DNA of 64,000 bases from the human T2T-CHM13v2.0 reference genome, Homo sapiens (GCF_009914755.1 NC_060929.1), one strand, 5' to 3'. Shown: positions 47,043-62,855, counted from the first letter of the stretch. Notes: generated from the sequence alone by a model not told the origin. Made by a program: numbers and translations.

Positions 47043-48356
47043 CTCTCAATCTCTCTTGAACCCAATTCAGTCAAGTTCCTTCCAAACTGCTCTCATCCTG
47101 TTTACTGATAACCTCCACTTGGCTAAAGCCAATGGTTAATAATCAGTCCTCATCATTCTAAACCCATAAGCAGCATTTGACCAATGGATGCCTCCTTTCT
47201 CTTTGGTAAACTTTTTCACTTTGTTTTCAGGATAACACATTCTCTTTATTTTCTTCTGTCTCACTGCTTAATCCTTCACAGTCTCCTTCTCTGGTTCCTC
47301 CTCTTCTCTCCAAGCTCTTAACTGCAGTGTCCTGGGCTCAGTCCCTGCACCTCTTCTCCATCTACACACACTTTATTGGTCATCTCATCATGCCCCATCT
47401 CAATTCTGTTGACTCACACATCTTCATTTCCAGTCTTCATCTCCCTCCTGAATTTAAGACTTATATATCCAACTGCTGATTCAACATCTCCATTTGGGTG
47501 TCTAATAGACACTTGAGACTTAATGGGTCCAAGGCTGAACTCCCAGTCATCCTCACTAAACCTGCCCTAGCCCAGCCATCCTTTCCCATCTCACTGTATT
47601 GTAATTCCATCCTTCTAGTTGCTGAGGCCAAAACCCGTAGTGTTATTCTTCACTCCAATTCATCAGCAAATCCTGTTAGCTCTGTCTTCAAAATATATCT
47701 GCCCACTTCTTACACCTCCACGGTTACCACCCTAATCCAGGATATTGTCATTTCTTACAATAGCCACCTAACAAATAGGTTCCCTTGCTTCTACCCTTGC
47801 CCCTCTTTGTTCTGTTCTCAACAGAGCAGCTAATAGAAGTCAGAGTATGTCTCAAAATCATTGCTCAGAACCATTCCCTCAGGGTAAACACTGAAGTCTT
47901 TGCAGTGGCCCACAAGGCCCTGCGTGGACTGGATTCTTGCCCACTCTCTGACTTCATCTTCTACTCCTCTTCCCTGCTCATGGCATTCAAGACACTGGCT
48001 TCCCTGATGTTATGTGAACATGCCAGGCCACTCTGCCTTAGGATCTTTGCTGTGGCTCTTCCTTCTGCCTGGAATGCTCTTCCCACAGGCATCTATTTGC
48101 CTATCTCTGTCACTTCCCTTAAATCTGTGCTCAAATCTCACCCCCTCCCCTTCTGAACATCCTCTATAACATTCCCCAGGCCCGGCACTCATACTTTTTA
48201 CCCTGCTTACCTTTGTGTTTTTAAAAAAACAAAACTTATCACTTTCTAATTTACTTATCCTTTTTACAGTCTATTTTCTGACTGTTTGTGGATTTATATT
48301 CTACAAAAGCAGGGAATTTTGCTTTCAGATATAATTTTCCCAAGCCTCTAGAATGA

Positions 48357-48575
48357 ATAGGATTTCTCATCTTTGACACTACTGACCTCTGGGCTGCATA
48401 ACTCTTTGACATAGGAGGCTGTTCTGTGCATTGTAGGATGTTTAGCAGCATCCATGACCTCTAACCACTAGCTGCCAGTAGCACACCGCCTCCTAGTTGT
48501 GACAACCAAAACTGTCTCCAGACATTGCCCCATGTCCCCTGGGGGGCGCAAATAGTCCCCAGTTGAGAACAACTT
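48357..48575 (-). mobile_element. MER20 (hAT-Charlie)
   Basis: gtgcattgtaggatgtttagcagcatcc..gttgtgacaaccaaaa.tgtctccagacattgcc..ttgagaac. Confidence 0.92.
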
Positions 48576-49084
48576 TTCTAAAAGAGTGTCTGCCACTAGC
48601 AGACATTCAATAATTATTTGTTGAAGGAATGAAAAAAGAATGAGCAATTTTTAGGTACCTTTATTCTTCATGTATTCCCCCAGCATTCATCACTTACCAC
48701 AGTCATCACCAGGAGCAGCTCTCAATCTAAAGAAGTGAAAGGCTAAATCTCAGGCATTCGTAGGATACAATGGCTCTCTCTATTATTGTTTTGTGAAAGA
48801 CAACATGTAGGGGAGAAAGATATGATGGGAAGGGTAGTAAAATAAAATCAGGATAAAGACACTCTGAGAGGCATGCCACCTAGCAAGGTATTGCTTATGA
48901 GAATTGTGTGGATTTGCTCAATAAGATTTGTAGACCTTGAGACAATAAGCTTTCTTTCACACTGCTTCCTTTCTGTTTTACAGCCATTGTTCTTCCCCAA
49001 CACACCTATGGATCAGTTTGAGGTTTCAACATTTGTTTATCTCCAAAGATAGTTGTAATAAAAATAACATTAATAATAAGAATG

Positions 49085-49275
49085 GTGTTTGTTGAACACT
49101 TACTGTGTCAGGCCCTAGGCAGTATCATTTAACTCATAACAACCTTTTGGGGCAGTTCCTACTGTTATCACCCGTTCTACATATGAAGAAACAAAGGCTC
49201 AGAAAGGTTAAGTAATTTGTTCAAGGGAGCACAGCTAGTAAATGTCCAAGGCAGCACAGCTAGGATTGAGAATGA
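49085..49275 (-). mobile_element. MIR SINE
   Basis: ttgaacacttactgtgtcaggc ... gaaacaaaggctcagaaaggttaagtaatttg. Confidence 0.75.
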
Positions 49276-52200
49276 GCTAGAATGACATAGTAATGAGTAT
49301 ATAATATATATAATATTACTCATATATAACAGGTATAGCATAAGTAATATAGTGACAATCACAAGACTTGTGCAGAAGCCAGTCTCATTAATTAATAGCC
49401 ACGTATGCCATCTGAGGCTATCACTTCTTTTCCACGGTCAGAAAATACATAGCACATTATTATAAAGACAATAATAATGGAAGACTTTTGCTGGTTCTTT
49501 GATTTGAATGCTCTTTTTTATTTTTAAACAAAAAGTACTCTATAGGAAAGAATGAAGCCATTAGTGCTGTTCAGTGAAAAGACTTAGTGGACTTTAGCAT
49601 GATTTCACACATAAGGAAAGGCTGTCACTGCCAAAGAGTATTTTTCCTAAAGAATGTTTCCAGGGCCCAAGAGTCCTTTAAGCTAAAGTACTTATTTGTT
49701 GATTCATTGTTTTTTATGCTGAAAGGTACATCAGATACATGGTACAAAATGCAGAAGAAAGGAAATGATCTAGAGTGAAGAATAAGTGTCCCCTCCTCTG
49801 CTGCCTCCCAGCAAACCAGCTCCTCTTTCTAGAGGCAATTCTTGTCTCCAGTTCCACATGAGTCCTCGCAGGCCAGTGCTTAAAGAAGCATATAGAGGAC
49901 TTCAGGGCTTCATCTGTAGAAAGCTTCCCTGTTTCCAGAGCATGTCCACATGCATTTTCTCATCTGAACTTCTCAGCAAACACCCCAAATGCATGAAAGA
50001 AATTTGTTGATAAACTCCATGCTTGTCACCTTCATGTGATTCATCCAGGGTCCTAAGATGAGGACTGGCATTTAACCTCTGGAAAGTACATGGAGCCCCT
50101 ATTTTCATTCTCAATTGCATTGTTTAACAAGGTCTGACCTTTCTCTTGCAAGTTGCTGCTCTCTCTTCACCCTTTTGCAAAAATCTGATCACAAAATGCC
50201 CCATGGGCATTAAGTCATAAAATCCAAATAAAATGGGTAAGACTTGACGATGTCGGCTTAAAAAAAAAAGGTAGTGATCGTTGAATTTCCTTTCACATGC
50301 ATGTTTCTCCCCTCCTTTGCTGGGCTCAGATGCCAGCTGTACGTTGCCATGGTCTGAAGAAGGACCTGTGGGTCTCCCCTGGCAGATGCTGCCACTGTTT
50401 TAGCCTGAGGGCCCTGCAGGCAGCCCCTGGCAACATTTTTAATTCAACATCAAACTGCAACTTGAAATTTGAAAAAGTGGGGGAAAAATGACAAGATGTC
50501 AATGTCTCAGAACCTAGCAAGTGGGGCTTGTAAATATACCCGATTTGGATTTCTTTGAGCTGGGGGAAGTTTCTCATTTTTTGTAGCCACTGGGAGTGAC
50601 TGAACCCCATCAAAGAGACCTTAAAGGATGCTGAAAGAGCTCAAAGGGGATGCTATGTCTCAAGAAGAGAGCTCCAGACCTGGTCAGAGAGCCTTTTAAA
50701 TAAGTCAGGTGGCAAGCTGGCCAGGACACATTCTTAAGTCAAAAAGGCAGATTGTAAAACAATAAAGGTCCCATCTTTTGGGGGAAAAAATATGTGTGTG
50801 AATGCACACCAAGAAGTTTGGAAGGCAATACTCTGTAATATTTAAAATCTCTTCTTATATCTTTATTGTCTGAACTTTTTGTTTACAAAGATCCTATATA
50901 TTACTTTTAGAACGAGAAAAAAATACGGTTTGTATAAAATTTGAAAATAAAAAAGATAACAAAGCTGAGTTCCTATTCCCTCAGTACCCACAGGCTCCTG
51001 GAACAGAACGTAGCAAGTCCACCATTGCCCAGGCAGCTTGGCTGAGTGCTTAAATCTCCAGATACAGTTCCAGGGGCTTGTTCATCCAAAAAGGTACCTG
51101 GCACAACGTGAGCAGCAGTTCTGCCACAGCTCCCAACTTCCATCTGAGTAGAACTTCACAGCTACCCTTGCTTTCATCATTTCCTTTCACACCCACAGCA
51201 CGTCTGGAAAGTATATGGAGCCACTCTTTTTAGTCTCAACTTGCAGATAAAGAAACTGGGTGTCAGAGAAATTTAAGAGGAAAGCAGTGCATTTGAATGG
51301 AAACCTTGTCTTCTTGAAGTCTACAGCGTTTACTGCCACATGCTTTAAGATGTGTATGCATTGGGGAACGATCTTGTGGATTCCTGACCATACACTGCTC
51401 ATTCGGGTGGTGGTGAAAAAACTTTTCTCTAGAACCAGAAATGTAAACTTGGGACTCATTCAGGGCTGATGCATCTCGAGGTAATACTACATTATCACCC
51501 CTGAGAGTGACATTGCCAGATAAAGGCCTTGCTGTTCACTGAATGGTGCCATCTTACCTGGCCACCAAAGTTGATTTTGCAGGATTTTAAGGGGCTGAAA
51601 TTCTGGCAGGGTCTGTTTCTTGTTCACCAACCTAGCTCTGGTGCCTAGCACAGTGCTTGAAGCATTGTGACTCTCTTTTTTGATGAACAAATGAGTTTGG
51701 ATCAGAGGTTTAGGAGAGGGAGCATCTTCCTTCTCTTCTCTAAGCTCTGAGTCTGGTTCTCCCTATGGCTCACTTTTGATCCTCTCTGCTCATCTTCTAC
51801 CACTGACAACCTGTCTGCTGATTAGAACTTTGACTCAGAAATAAGTGGAATGGATAATAGAAGTGAGGATTTGGGAGGAGTAGAAAAAAAAAAGCATTCT
51901 AAGAAGAGAGTGGTGGGTAGTAAAATCTTATATATATATAAAAGAGCCCTTTGCTCCCCCATCCTCCTGAAAAGAAACGCAATTTCCCCTCATTTCTAGC
52001 TGCTCTGAGCACTAGCTATAAAAATAAAAAATGAGAAATAGAATCGGTTGTTGTCATTTCAAATACAAATGGGCATGTACATTCAGCCTTTATGGCTAGA
52101 TAACTTCCACTTCCAGTGCTCGGTATTTATTGGCTTTGACTTATTGATAGAACATCCTGGGGCCTGAAGTCCTCCTTCCCACAGAGCAAAGACACCATCA

Positions 52201-53580
52201 GCAACCGCTTTCTCCTCTCAACCCATGAATAATAATGTGAATGATGATGACGGTGTTATTATTATCATTTGGTATTTAGCCAACGTCTTTCCCCGAAGTA
52301 CTTAAAGCACTTTATAGGCATTGCCTTATTATTCCTCACAATACCTCCCTGGAGAGAGGGCAAGAACAGAGATTTGATTTCCATTTCACTGAGAGGAGAA
52401 GCAGAGACCCACAGCAATGAAAGGGCTGCCCCAAGGTCACCTGGAGAAACTGGGCTGAGGTTAGGACAAGAATCAAGGTCTCGTAATGGCTGTTTAAGGG
52501 CGCCTTCCCATCCACCACCAGGGAGGATGAGTCATTAGCTCATTCTCTGAGTTCTAAGTGTAATAAGACATTAAAAGGGAAAATTTGGCAGAGGTACCTT
52601 CTAAAGGGAGGTGCTGGAACAAAATACAAACATTTTCAAAGTAGGTACTGAGAAATCCCCCACCTATCTCAAGGGTGTAAAAGAGCCAGGAGTTGGCACT
52701 CAGAGGGTTTTTGAAGAAGATTTCTTCACCCCCAAGGAGAGGGGTGGCAGCTGCACTTTATCTCAAGCCTAAGGAAAATGACTTTAAGCAGATCTCTCAA
52801 AGAGCTTAAAATGAGTCCTTTGCTGTTTGTGGTATACGGTGGACAGGTGTGAGTTGTGTCTGAGAAATTTAAGGATGGGAAATGAGGTTGGCTAGAGTGG
52901 CCTCTGGCCCCTGACCAGCTGGCCGCGACTTGGAAAATAATTCCTCTCCTGGAGTTTGATGGAGTAAAGAATGCATGAGTGTTTCCCATGACCAAATATG
53001 GACCAAGCGCAAAAGAACGCCAGTATGGAGCCATCTTAGATGCTACCCAAGAGGACCACCTGAAGAGGCAACGGGACCTTGATAGACAGAAGCTGGAAGT
53101 GGAATCTGAGATGCCCGGGGGCTATGGGTGGAGCCATGAGCAATCAGCCAGAATAGGAATGCATTCATTCGTGTCAAGGAAACTGAAGCGAGCAATCTGC
53201 ATTGATGGGGGCCTCCCAAGAACCCATGAAAGCCCCTGAAGAGAAACAGTCAGCTTCATGCTTCTGCCCTCTCTAGGGAGCACTTAGCACTACTACTGGG
53301 AGAACTCTACTGCTCCCTTACCCTGAGGAGTCAGGGATGGGGGTGGGGAATTAGAAGTACTTAAAGAAGCCTAGCACAACCCTTTCCCCAAATCCAGGCC
53401 TAAATGGGGGCAGGGAGGTGAACATAAGCCCTGTCTAAATTGTCATCCAGAAGCCAAACTCTCTCCACAGGGCAAATTTAAATGGATAGAGGAGGCAAGA
53501 ATTAAACTGTACATTTATGAGACATGTTCATTCAACTTATACAAGTTTTCAGGGGGCTGGGTTGTGCCACGATACACTGA

Positions 53581-53961
<381 letters not shown>

Positions 53962-53969
53962 CAGCTACA

Positions 53970-54190
53970 GTTTTTGAGCAATGACTATGTTGGGCACTGA
54001 CAAAGCACTTCACATACACCATCTCATTTAATGCTCTCAGTTACCCTAAGAAGTAGCTATTTTCTCCAATTTTCTAGATGAAGAAACTGAGGCAGAGAGA
54101 GGAAAATAAATTGCCAGTAGGACACAACTAGTAAGTAAAGCTAGAATTAAACTCAGGTTTTCCCACCTCCAAAGCCTTGCTTCTAAGCCA
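53970..54190 (-). mobile_element. MIR SINE
   Basis: gatgaagaaactgaggcagagagag. Confidence 0.72.
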
Positions 54191-54909
54191 TGCTGTGTCC
54201 GCTGTTTCAGAATCACACAATCTGGTCTGTGCCCCCTTTAATGCCCAGTGCTCCTTCCAGTCACAACTCATATGTGATTTTTCTCTCCTCTTCATGTCTA
54301 TCTCACAAAGTCTGATCAGCTCTAATTGAGTACCCTGAGCTCAGTACACTACCTTGGTATACAGGTGACAGTCAATAAGTAGCTATTGACTGGCTGATGA
54401 CACATACATAAAAATGTGAGCTTTGGAGTCACACCAATATCCACTACTTATTAGCTGTGCGGTCTTGAGTACATTACTTTACCCTTTCAGTCTGTTTCTT
54501 CATCTGTGAAATATGGGTTGATAACATCTCCCCAGGAGGGCAGCTGGGTGGACTGAATAAGCCCACTATCACCCTGTATACCTTCAAGAATTATTTGTTG
54601 AATGCATCACTAAGTTGAATTATCTTTTATGTTGTTTCTTATTCATACACATAAAGCCTCATTTCCAATCAGATCCGGGGCTTCATAATGACATGGGTCA
54701 GCTCTTAGCCTCTGTACAAGCGTTAGCCAGGCAGTGCTGGATGGATACTAGCCACTGATTGACATTATCTTTGTCATGGAAGACTGCATGGTCTGAAGTC
54801 TCTCCTGTGGATGTAAAAAAGTATACAATCAGGGGGAAGTACATTATAGGGAAGTAAAGTAAGGGCACATGGCTAATATCAGTGCTTAATTAAGTTGTTT
54901 GATGATAGA

Positions 54910-55110
54910 TAAAAAATATGTTATGAGCCAGTGCATACTTTAAGTGGTTTATATATCATCTCATTGAGTCGTCATGCTACCCTATAAAGTGGACTTTATT
55001 ATTGCATCTTTTTTTTTTTTTTGCTTGAGGAAATTGAGGCTTAGAGAGGTTAAGTAACTTACCCATGGTCACACAAGTGTTACAAGGATGGTGGTATTGA
55101 AATCCACTAA
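54910..55110 (-). mobile_element. MIR SINE
   Basis: gaggaaattgaggcttagagaggttaagtaacttacccatggtcacac. Confidence 0.78.
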
Positions 55111-56220
55111 CTATTACTGGGCCTAGGAAGTCTACCCTTGGTGATTCCCACTTCTTATCTCCTTTATACATAATTCTAGCTAGAGCTAACTTAGCATGAT
55201 GTTAATTGTTTATATGTCTTTTCTTACCTATTATTTTGTAAGCATTTTTAGTACAGGGAACATGCCGTCATCTTTGTGTCTTTCCAGGGCCTTGCTCAGA
55301 GTGTGCACTCAATGAAGCCCTGTTAAATACACTGTTGGTCAGATCTACTCCCAAAATATGTATCGAGTCTGGTCACTTCTCTCTAGCTCCACTGCAGCTC
55401 CAGTGCAAACTGCTAACACCTTTTCCCTGGAGAACTGCAAACCAGCTTCCAACTGGTATCTTTGCTTCTATCCCCTTCCATTTTTGCATTGCAATAGGAG
55501 TGATATTTTTATATTATTTATAACAGGAATAATAATTTTAAAATATTAAACCAGTGTATCATTCTTTACCCCATAAAGGAGGTTCTCAAACAGCCAATCT
55601 GCCCCTGTAGCCTCTGTTAAGAGTGAACGGCGATGTTACTTCTGGAGGAGGGAAAAAGTGATGCAGGGAGTCCATACCAGAGGCTGAAGAATAGGGAAAT
55701 CAACTTGTTTCACTCCAGGGGACTGGGGTTAGAATTAGGGGATGTAGACGGTGAAGCATATGTGCCCCATCTCCCCTGTTAGGTAGATTAGTCAATCTTC
55801 TGATTTGGACTCTGAAAGGAGATTGCCTTGCAGTGTGCCATCCAGATAAATGTGGAACAGCCACATCAGCATAAAAGTGGTGGCATGGCAAGAGTAAGTA
55901 GAGTTAAATCACAAAACGTCTACCCTTGGCTCCCTTACAGCACGGAAAGTGTCCAGAAGTTCCCATGTGCTCGGAGGGATGTAGTGGAGCTATTTGGAAA
56001 ACTTACTGATCATGGAAAGCTGTGGGTTGCAAGGCTGACCCTCAAGTCAAGGGTTGAATGACAGCCAAGGGCAGACTGCAGAGAGCTTTGCAGTACTGGC
56101 AAGAGCAAGGTTGTGGCAAGTTCATGGGGCTGGGGTGCTGGAGGTTGTGGAACACTACCAGGGCTAAAACAGGCAGGCTCAATAGCTACAGCTTTCTGCA
56201 GTAGAGAAGCAATGAAAGAG

Positions 56221-57204
56221 TGATAGGGACAGGAGGCAGGGAAATTTGGGGCAGAAAAGGGTGAGTTCCTGGAAATGGTGCCATCCCAAGCTTGGAATTG
56301 CAGCCCAAGGGAGAACTTGCATCCTTGTTTCCCTGGTAGAATGTTGCCTTTCCCAAAATCAATAATGGCTCACCCTACCTCCAATCCTGTGCCCATAAAA
56401 ACCCCAGGATCAGCCAGAAGCAGAGGAGGAGAAGCAGAGGGAGGAGAAGCATCCCTGTTTTCCTGCTTGAATGTTGCCTTTCCCAGAACCACTGATGGCT
56501 CACCCCACCTCCAATCCTTTGCCCATAAAAACCCCAGGATCAGCCAGAAGCAGAGGGAGAAGAAGCAGCAGAGGGAGGAGAAGCAGCCAGAAGCAGAAGG
56601 AAGAGAAGCAGAGACTATGGTTGGATGTTGGAGAGAAGTGGTCTGATTTCAGACGGATAGCTTGATGGTTTAGCTTTGGAGAGGAATCCGGCCCGACTTC
56701 AGGGGAAGATGACTTTCTTGCTCCGTCCCCTTTTCAACTCTGCATCCCACTGAGAGCCACTTTCATGGGCAATAAAATCCCCTGCATTTACCATCTTCAG
56801 TTCATTTGTGTGATCTCATTCCTCCTGGACACCAGACAAGAACTTGAGTGCCATGAGTACAGTGCAAAAGGCTGTCACACTGATCCTCCACTGAGCTGTT
56901 AACACTTAAGCCATCTGCAGACAGCAAAGCTAAAAGACCGCTGACTGTAACACTCCCTCTGGGTCTTCAGGGTTCACAGGCAGCCCCCTAGACACTGCTG
57001 CAGGGCCCCACACAAAGTTCACTCTGGCCAGCCCCCATAAGTGCTCACCCAGGCTCCTGCATCTGCTCACCTGTGTGTGCCCTCCCATGAGGGGTTGAAC
57101 ACAGCAGTTCAAGTCACCCCTGTCGGTGCCGAAGCAGCTGGCTAGTTCCAGTGCCCACACTCTAGTTCCCATCTGCGAAGGGGTCAGGGAAATATCCTGC
57201 TTCA
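56221..57204 (+). mobile_element. Solo ERV1 LTR (LTR1/LTR27/LTR28-related group)
   Basis: Starts TGatagggacaggaggcagggaaa and ends cagggaaatatcctgcttCA; 4-bp TSD agag/ggag; AATAAA at 56771; internal ~130-bp tandem duplication. Confidence 0.85.
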
Positions 57205-58069
57205 GGAGGGCAAGGGCAGAGGCTAGACAGGACTCTGAGACCCCCACAAGGACCTACACATAGGTCTAAGGCCCTCCCCTGGCCACGACGAGCACTTGTG
57301 TGTAAGCTCCGCATATCCCAGGGGCCATCTTGGGGAGGAAATAGATGAAATCCTGGCATGTTCTGGAAAGGTGACTGTTTAGACCAGAAGAGACTGAGAT
57401 ATGAATCTTGAAAAGTCAAGTTTCTGTTTAAATTAGGAAATGCCTAAGACTGGATCCATGTGAGGAAGTCAAGAAACCACATTTTTTTTTGCACATATGA
57501 ATGTGGTTGAGTAAAATTTCAATCCAACTGTATAACATCCAGCTGACATCACTGCCCTGCTTAAAAGTCTTCTAAGGTTTCCAGTGACAGATGAATTAAA
57601 TCTAAGCATCTTCCCACAGCCTATAAGGCTTAGCATTATCTGGGCCCAGCCAAATGCCCTCAACTCATCTCTGATCTTGCATCAGTCCTCAGAACATACA
57701 AACCTCTTTCCTAGGACCTGAATTTGCTGCCTGTACTCCCTGGAATCCTCTTCACCCTAGATTCTCACCACTGAATTTTCCTCTCTCTTCACTTCAGGTC
57801 CTAGCTTGAAAGTCACCTGCTCAGAGAAGCCTTCCTTGATGACCTAAAATAAATCTCTTTCCCCATCATCTGTTATCCTCCCCTGTGGTACTGTATTTCC
57901 TTCACAATGGTCACAATTTGGAATTATTTTGTGCTCATTCATTTACATGTTTACTGCCTATCCCCTTACTTAGACTCTAAACTCCAAGAGGATTGGTTTA
58001 CTAATAAATATCTGTTGAAGGAAAGAAGAGGGGAAGAGAGGGAGGGAGGTAGGGGGTCTCATTAAGGGA

Positions 58070-58520
58070 TGTCACTAGCATGAATGGAACTGCTTAATCA
58101 TTCCAGCACAGAGCACCCATGCCCCAGATGCTGGCTGCTAGCGGCTCACATGCTTGTTCATTTATTGAAAGCACTATCCTTGGTTACAAAGAGCCTCTTG
58201 GTGGATGATGCCTGGGACATTTTACCCTACCCTGGGGCAGTGCATGGCATTTGGTTGACAGATGGGAGAGTGTAACAGCTCAGCCCCTTTAGCTGGGCAG
58301 GACAACCTCTGAGATGCAGCAGATGCTGCAGACCTCCCAGTGGGACCGGGTCTAGGCTAGACTATTCCTAAACCCCATCTTTGCCCAGCCCCTTCTGCCC
58401 CATGCTGCTTCTCTCCTCATCCCCACCCCCTCACTATAGGTTTCTTCTCAGGGCTTTCCCTCAATTAATCATTTGCACAAGAATTCCATCTCAGCCTCTG
58501 AGTCTAGAGAACCTAAGACA
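58070..58520 (+). mobile_element. LTR16-like ERVL LTR
   Basis: Ends aatcatttgcacaagaattccatctcagcctctg..gaacctaagaca. Confidence 0.65.
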
Positions 58521-59742
58521 AGCCCCTTTCATGGACAGTGTGCTGGGCATGGGAGATGGAGGAGGGCATCCAGAAAAGAAGAGAACAGGGCTGAAGCTAG
58601 GACAGGGACCACAACCATGTCACCTTACTTTGCCCCATCCTTCCCACCCTGATTCTACTGTGCAGATGCCATGGATGTGCCACTTAGAATGCCATCAATT
58701 ATTGAAGAAGTTCCAAAAGAAGGGAATGTAAGTGAAGATGAAAGATTCCAATGGAAGACAGACTGGTCCCACTGCTTGGGGAGGACCTAAGCTATCATGT
58801 CTGGGAAAAAAGCATTTTAGTTTCCTGCTGTGAGAAAGCTCCAAATGCTTTGGAGGCTGAAGAAGCTGCCCTGACAAAGACAGGAAAGCGCGGGCGGGGC
58901 TGATGGGTCTTTTTCATCTCCCCGCTTTGCTGATGAAGAGGCAGTGCTGTAAAATGACGGTAAGGCCTGAGATGGTAGCAACCCTCTTATCTCCCCTGTT
59001 GTTTTATTTTGGGGACGCGGAGGAGTGGGAAGCGAGTCTAGAAGGTGACAGCCTCCAGAATGGGAGGGGCCAGGGCTGAGGGAGTCTGGCCCTGGTCCTT
59101 GACTACCGCAGGGAAGGATGGAAATGTGTACGAGGCAGTCTGTGAGATGGCAGTCCCTTCTGAACCATCCTGTATTATGTCAGGCACTTGCAAGTGCAGG
59201 GAGAAGAAGAGCAAATGCAGATCAAGAGGAAAACCAAAGCTGAAATGCCATTAAAGGGCTATTTAAAGAAAGTGTTTTCATCGGAAGCAACTTTTCCCCC
59301 TTTCTTTTTTGAAGGCTTAACTGTCAAACAACAACTCCAAATACCTTTAACGGACTTACAGTGATTCAGTCACCACACTAGGCATTGAAATAAATCCCAG
59401 CCCTCAACTCAGAAATGCTCAGCACTGGTTTTAAACCAGTCGGGGAATCCAGTTATATCCAAGATGTGGCCCTCCCACCACATCTGTGGGTGAAAGTCCA
59501 GGTTTGCAGTTCAGGTTTGATAGGGATGCAGGGTAAGTGATAAGCTCCGTGAGAGCTGGGAGCTTGGTCTGTCTCGTTCCCCATGGTACTCCCACTGTGG
59601 GGAGCAGCACCTGGCAGCACCTCGAGGGGCTCAGTAGATGTCGGTGGAATTAAGGAATATTTCAGCCAAGATTAAATGCATGACTTTGGACTCAAATTTA
59701 TAACCCAATTCCTTTTCTCACTAGCAAGGTTTCTTGGGTAAG

Positions 59743-60016
<274 letters not shown>

Positions 60017-61349
60017 GATTTCTTGATCTTTCTGAGTTTCAGTTTCCTCATCTATAAAGTGAGGGCAAAAATAGTATCTGCCTTCTAGGTTTGTGGTGAG
60101 TCTTGAACAAGCTCTGATGTCCATAGCACAGAGTAAGCACTGCCAAATGGCAGTTGCTCTTATGGTTAAGCCTTGTATATTTCTTATGACAAATGAACAC
60201 TAAAAACAGAATTCTACAGGAATAAAAACTGAGTTCCAGGAACTAAAACAGAGCAGTGAAATCCCAATTTTCCTGACCAATCATTGAAAAAGTGCCCCCC
60301 TCCCCCGAAAAAAAGACCATTCTCAGTTGTCAAGAAACCTAAAGTAGCAATTTCGAAATAAAGGAAGCAGTAATGTGTTACAAAATCCACTGTGTCTATT
60401 CACATCTATTTCAAAAGATGAAAATTAAATGATCATAAAAAGGTCTTCAAGAAATACCATTAAGGGAAGAAAGCAAGTTATGTAATTATGTATTGTGTGA
60501 ATTACATCTAATTCAAATCCAAATTTAATATAAGTATATTCATTTATAATAAAAACCTAATGCTGATTTAAAAGCATCCTACTCAGCTTTGATTCTGAAG
60601 TGAAATACTTATTCCCTCACACAGATTTGATGTGATATGTCTAAGAGAGTCTATGAATATTCATAGCCAGCATATGAACTACATGTCCACATACATATAG
60701 TAATACACTTCTTACCCAAGCTGAAAGATGCACCCTTTTTCCTCTGGAAAGAAAATAATTACAGCATAGTTGAAAATGGAAAAGCCAACAGTCCCTTAAA
60801 TAAAAGTTGCAGCATCCAGAGGGGCTGCCAGTCTAATAAATTGTTTGTTTAATGGGTTTGGGATGATGAGGTTGACAAGCCAACATGAAGCTTAAAAAGG
60901 AAATCTGCCAAGGTGGCCAGTATGCCTGGGGCTCAGGCTGCCTCTGGTGCCCCCACCAGGCACATTGAAATGCTCAGAAGCCCCACATGCTCTGCTGGAA
61001 GCAAAGGCACAATTCGCTGACTGGTGTCAGTCAGAGATCTTGCCTAGCCCCATTCAACCGCAGGCAATCCTGATCTTGGGGCTCAGGAGGTTCTTCTCCA
61101 CTTAATGCTGCATCTGGCTGCTCCATCTCTCAGAGGATCGCCAGGGGAAGACGTCTCAGATAATAGTTTGGGGTCCTGAGCAAGGGCATGCCCATACACA
61201 GGTGCCCTACCTTGTGCTTACTAGGTGTGGTCTTCAAAATAATTTGTGTGTCAAAGAAGATTCTTCTAAGTTGCCTATTGTTTTCCACACACAGGGGAAG
61301 ATAGTGTGAGAGAATCCAATAGCAAATTCTGTTGTACAATAAGGAATGA

Positions 61350-62190
<841 letters not shown>

Positions 62191-62422
62191 GATCCTCCTT
62201 GAACTGGGAGACACACTCATTGGAACCTCCTCAGACAAGGCTGGGACAAAGATAGGATTGAAGAGGAGGGGGACCTCCAGGCAGATCTGACTACTCCTTT
62301 GCTAACTCCACTGCCTTTGCTTGAGTCTCTATGCTCTTATTGCACTCTCCCCTTGTTTGCATGGCTATTTTCCCATACAGACTGCAGGTCCCTAAGGGTC
62401 TTATTAGATGCTGTATCCCTAG

Positions 62423-62855
<433 letters not shown>

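Larger units (their letters stand above)
46260..48635 (+). mobile_element. L2 LINE (ORF2 remnant to 3' end), interrupted by a FLAM and MER20
   Basis: cagcatttgacc; ORF 47498 'HLRLNGSKAEL..FPISL..AKTRSVILHS' resembles the L2 RT C-terminus; ends ttgttgaaggaatgaa. Confidence 0.85.

Noticed and set aside
59424-59440. 8-bp palindrome actggttt-t-aaaccagt
   Set aside because: Isolated stems of this length are expected by chance in 64 kb
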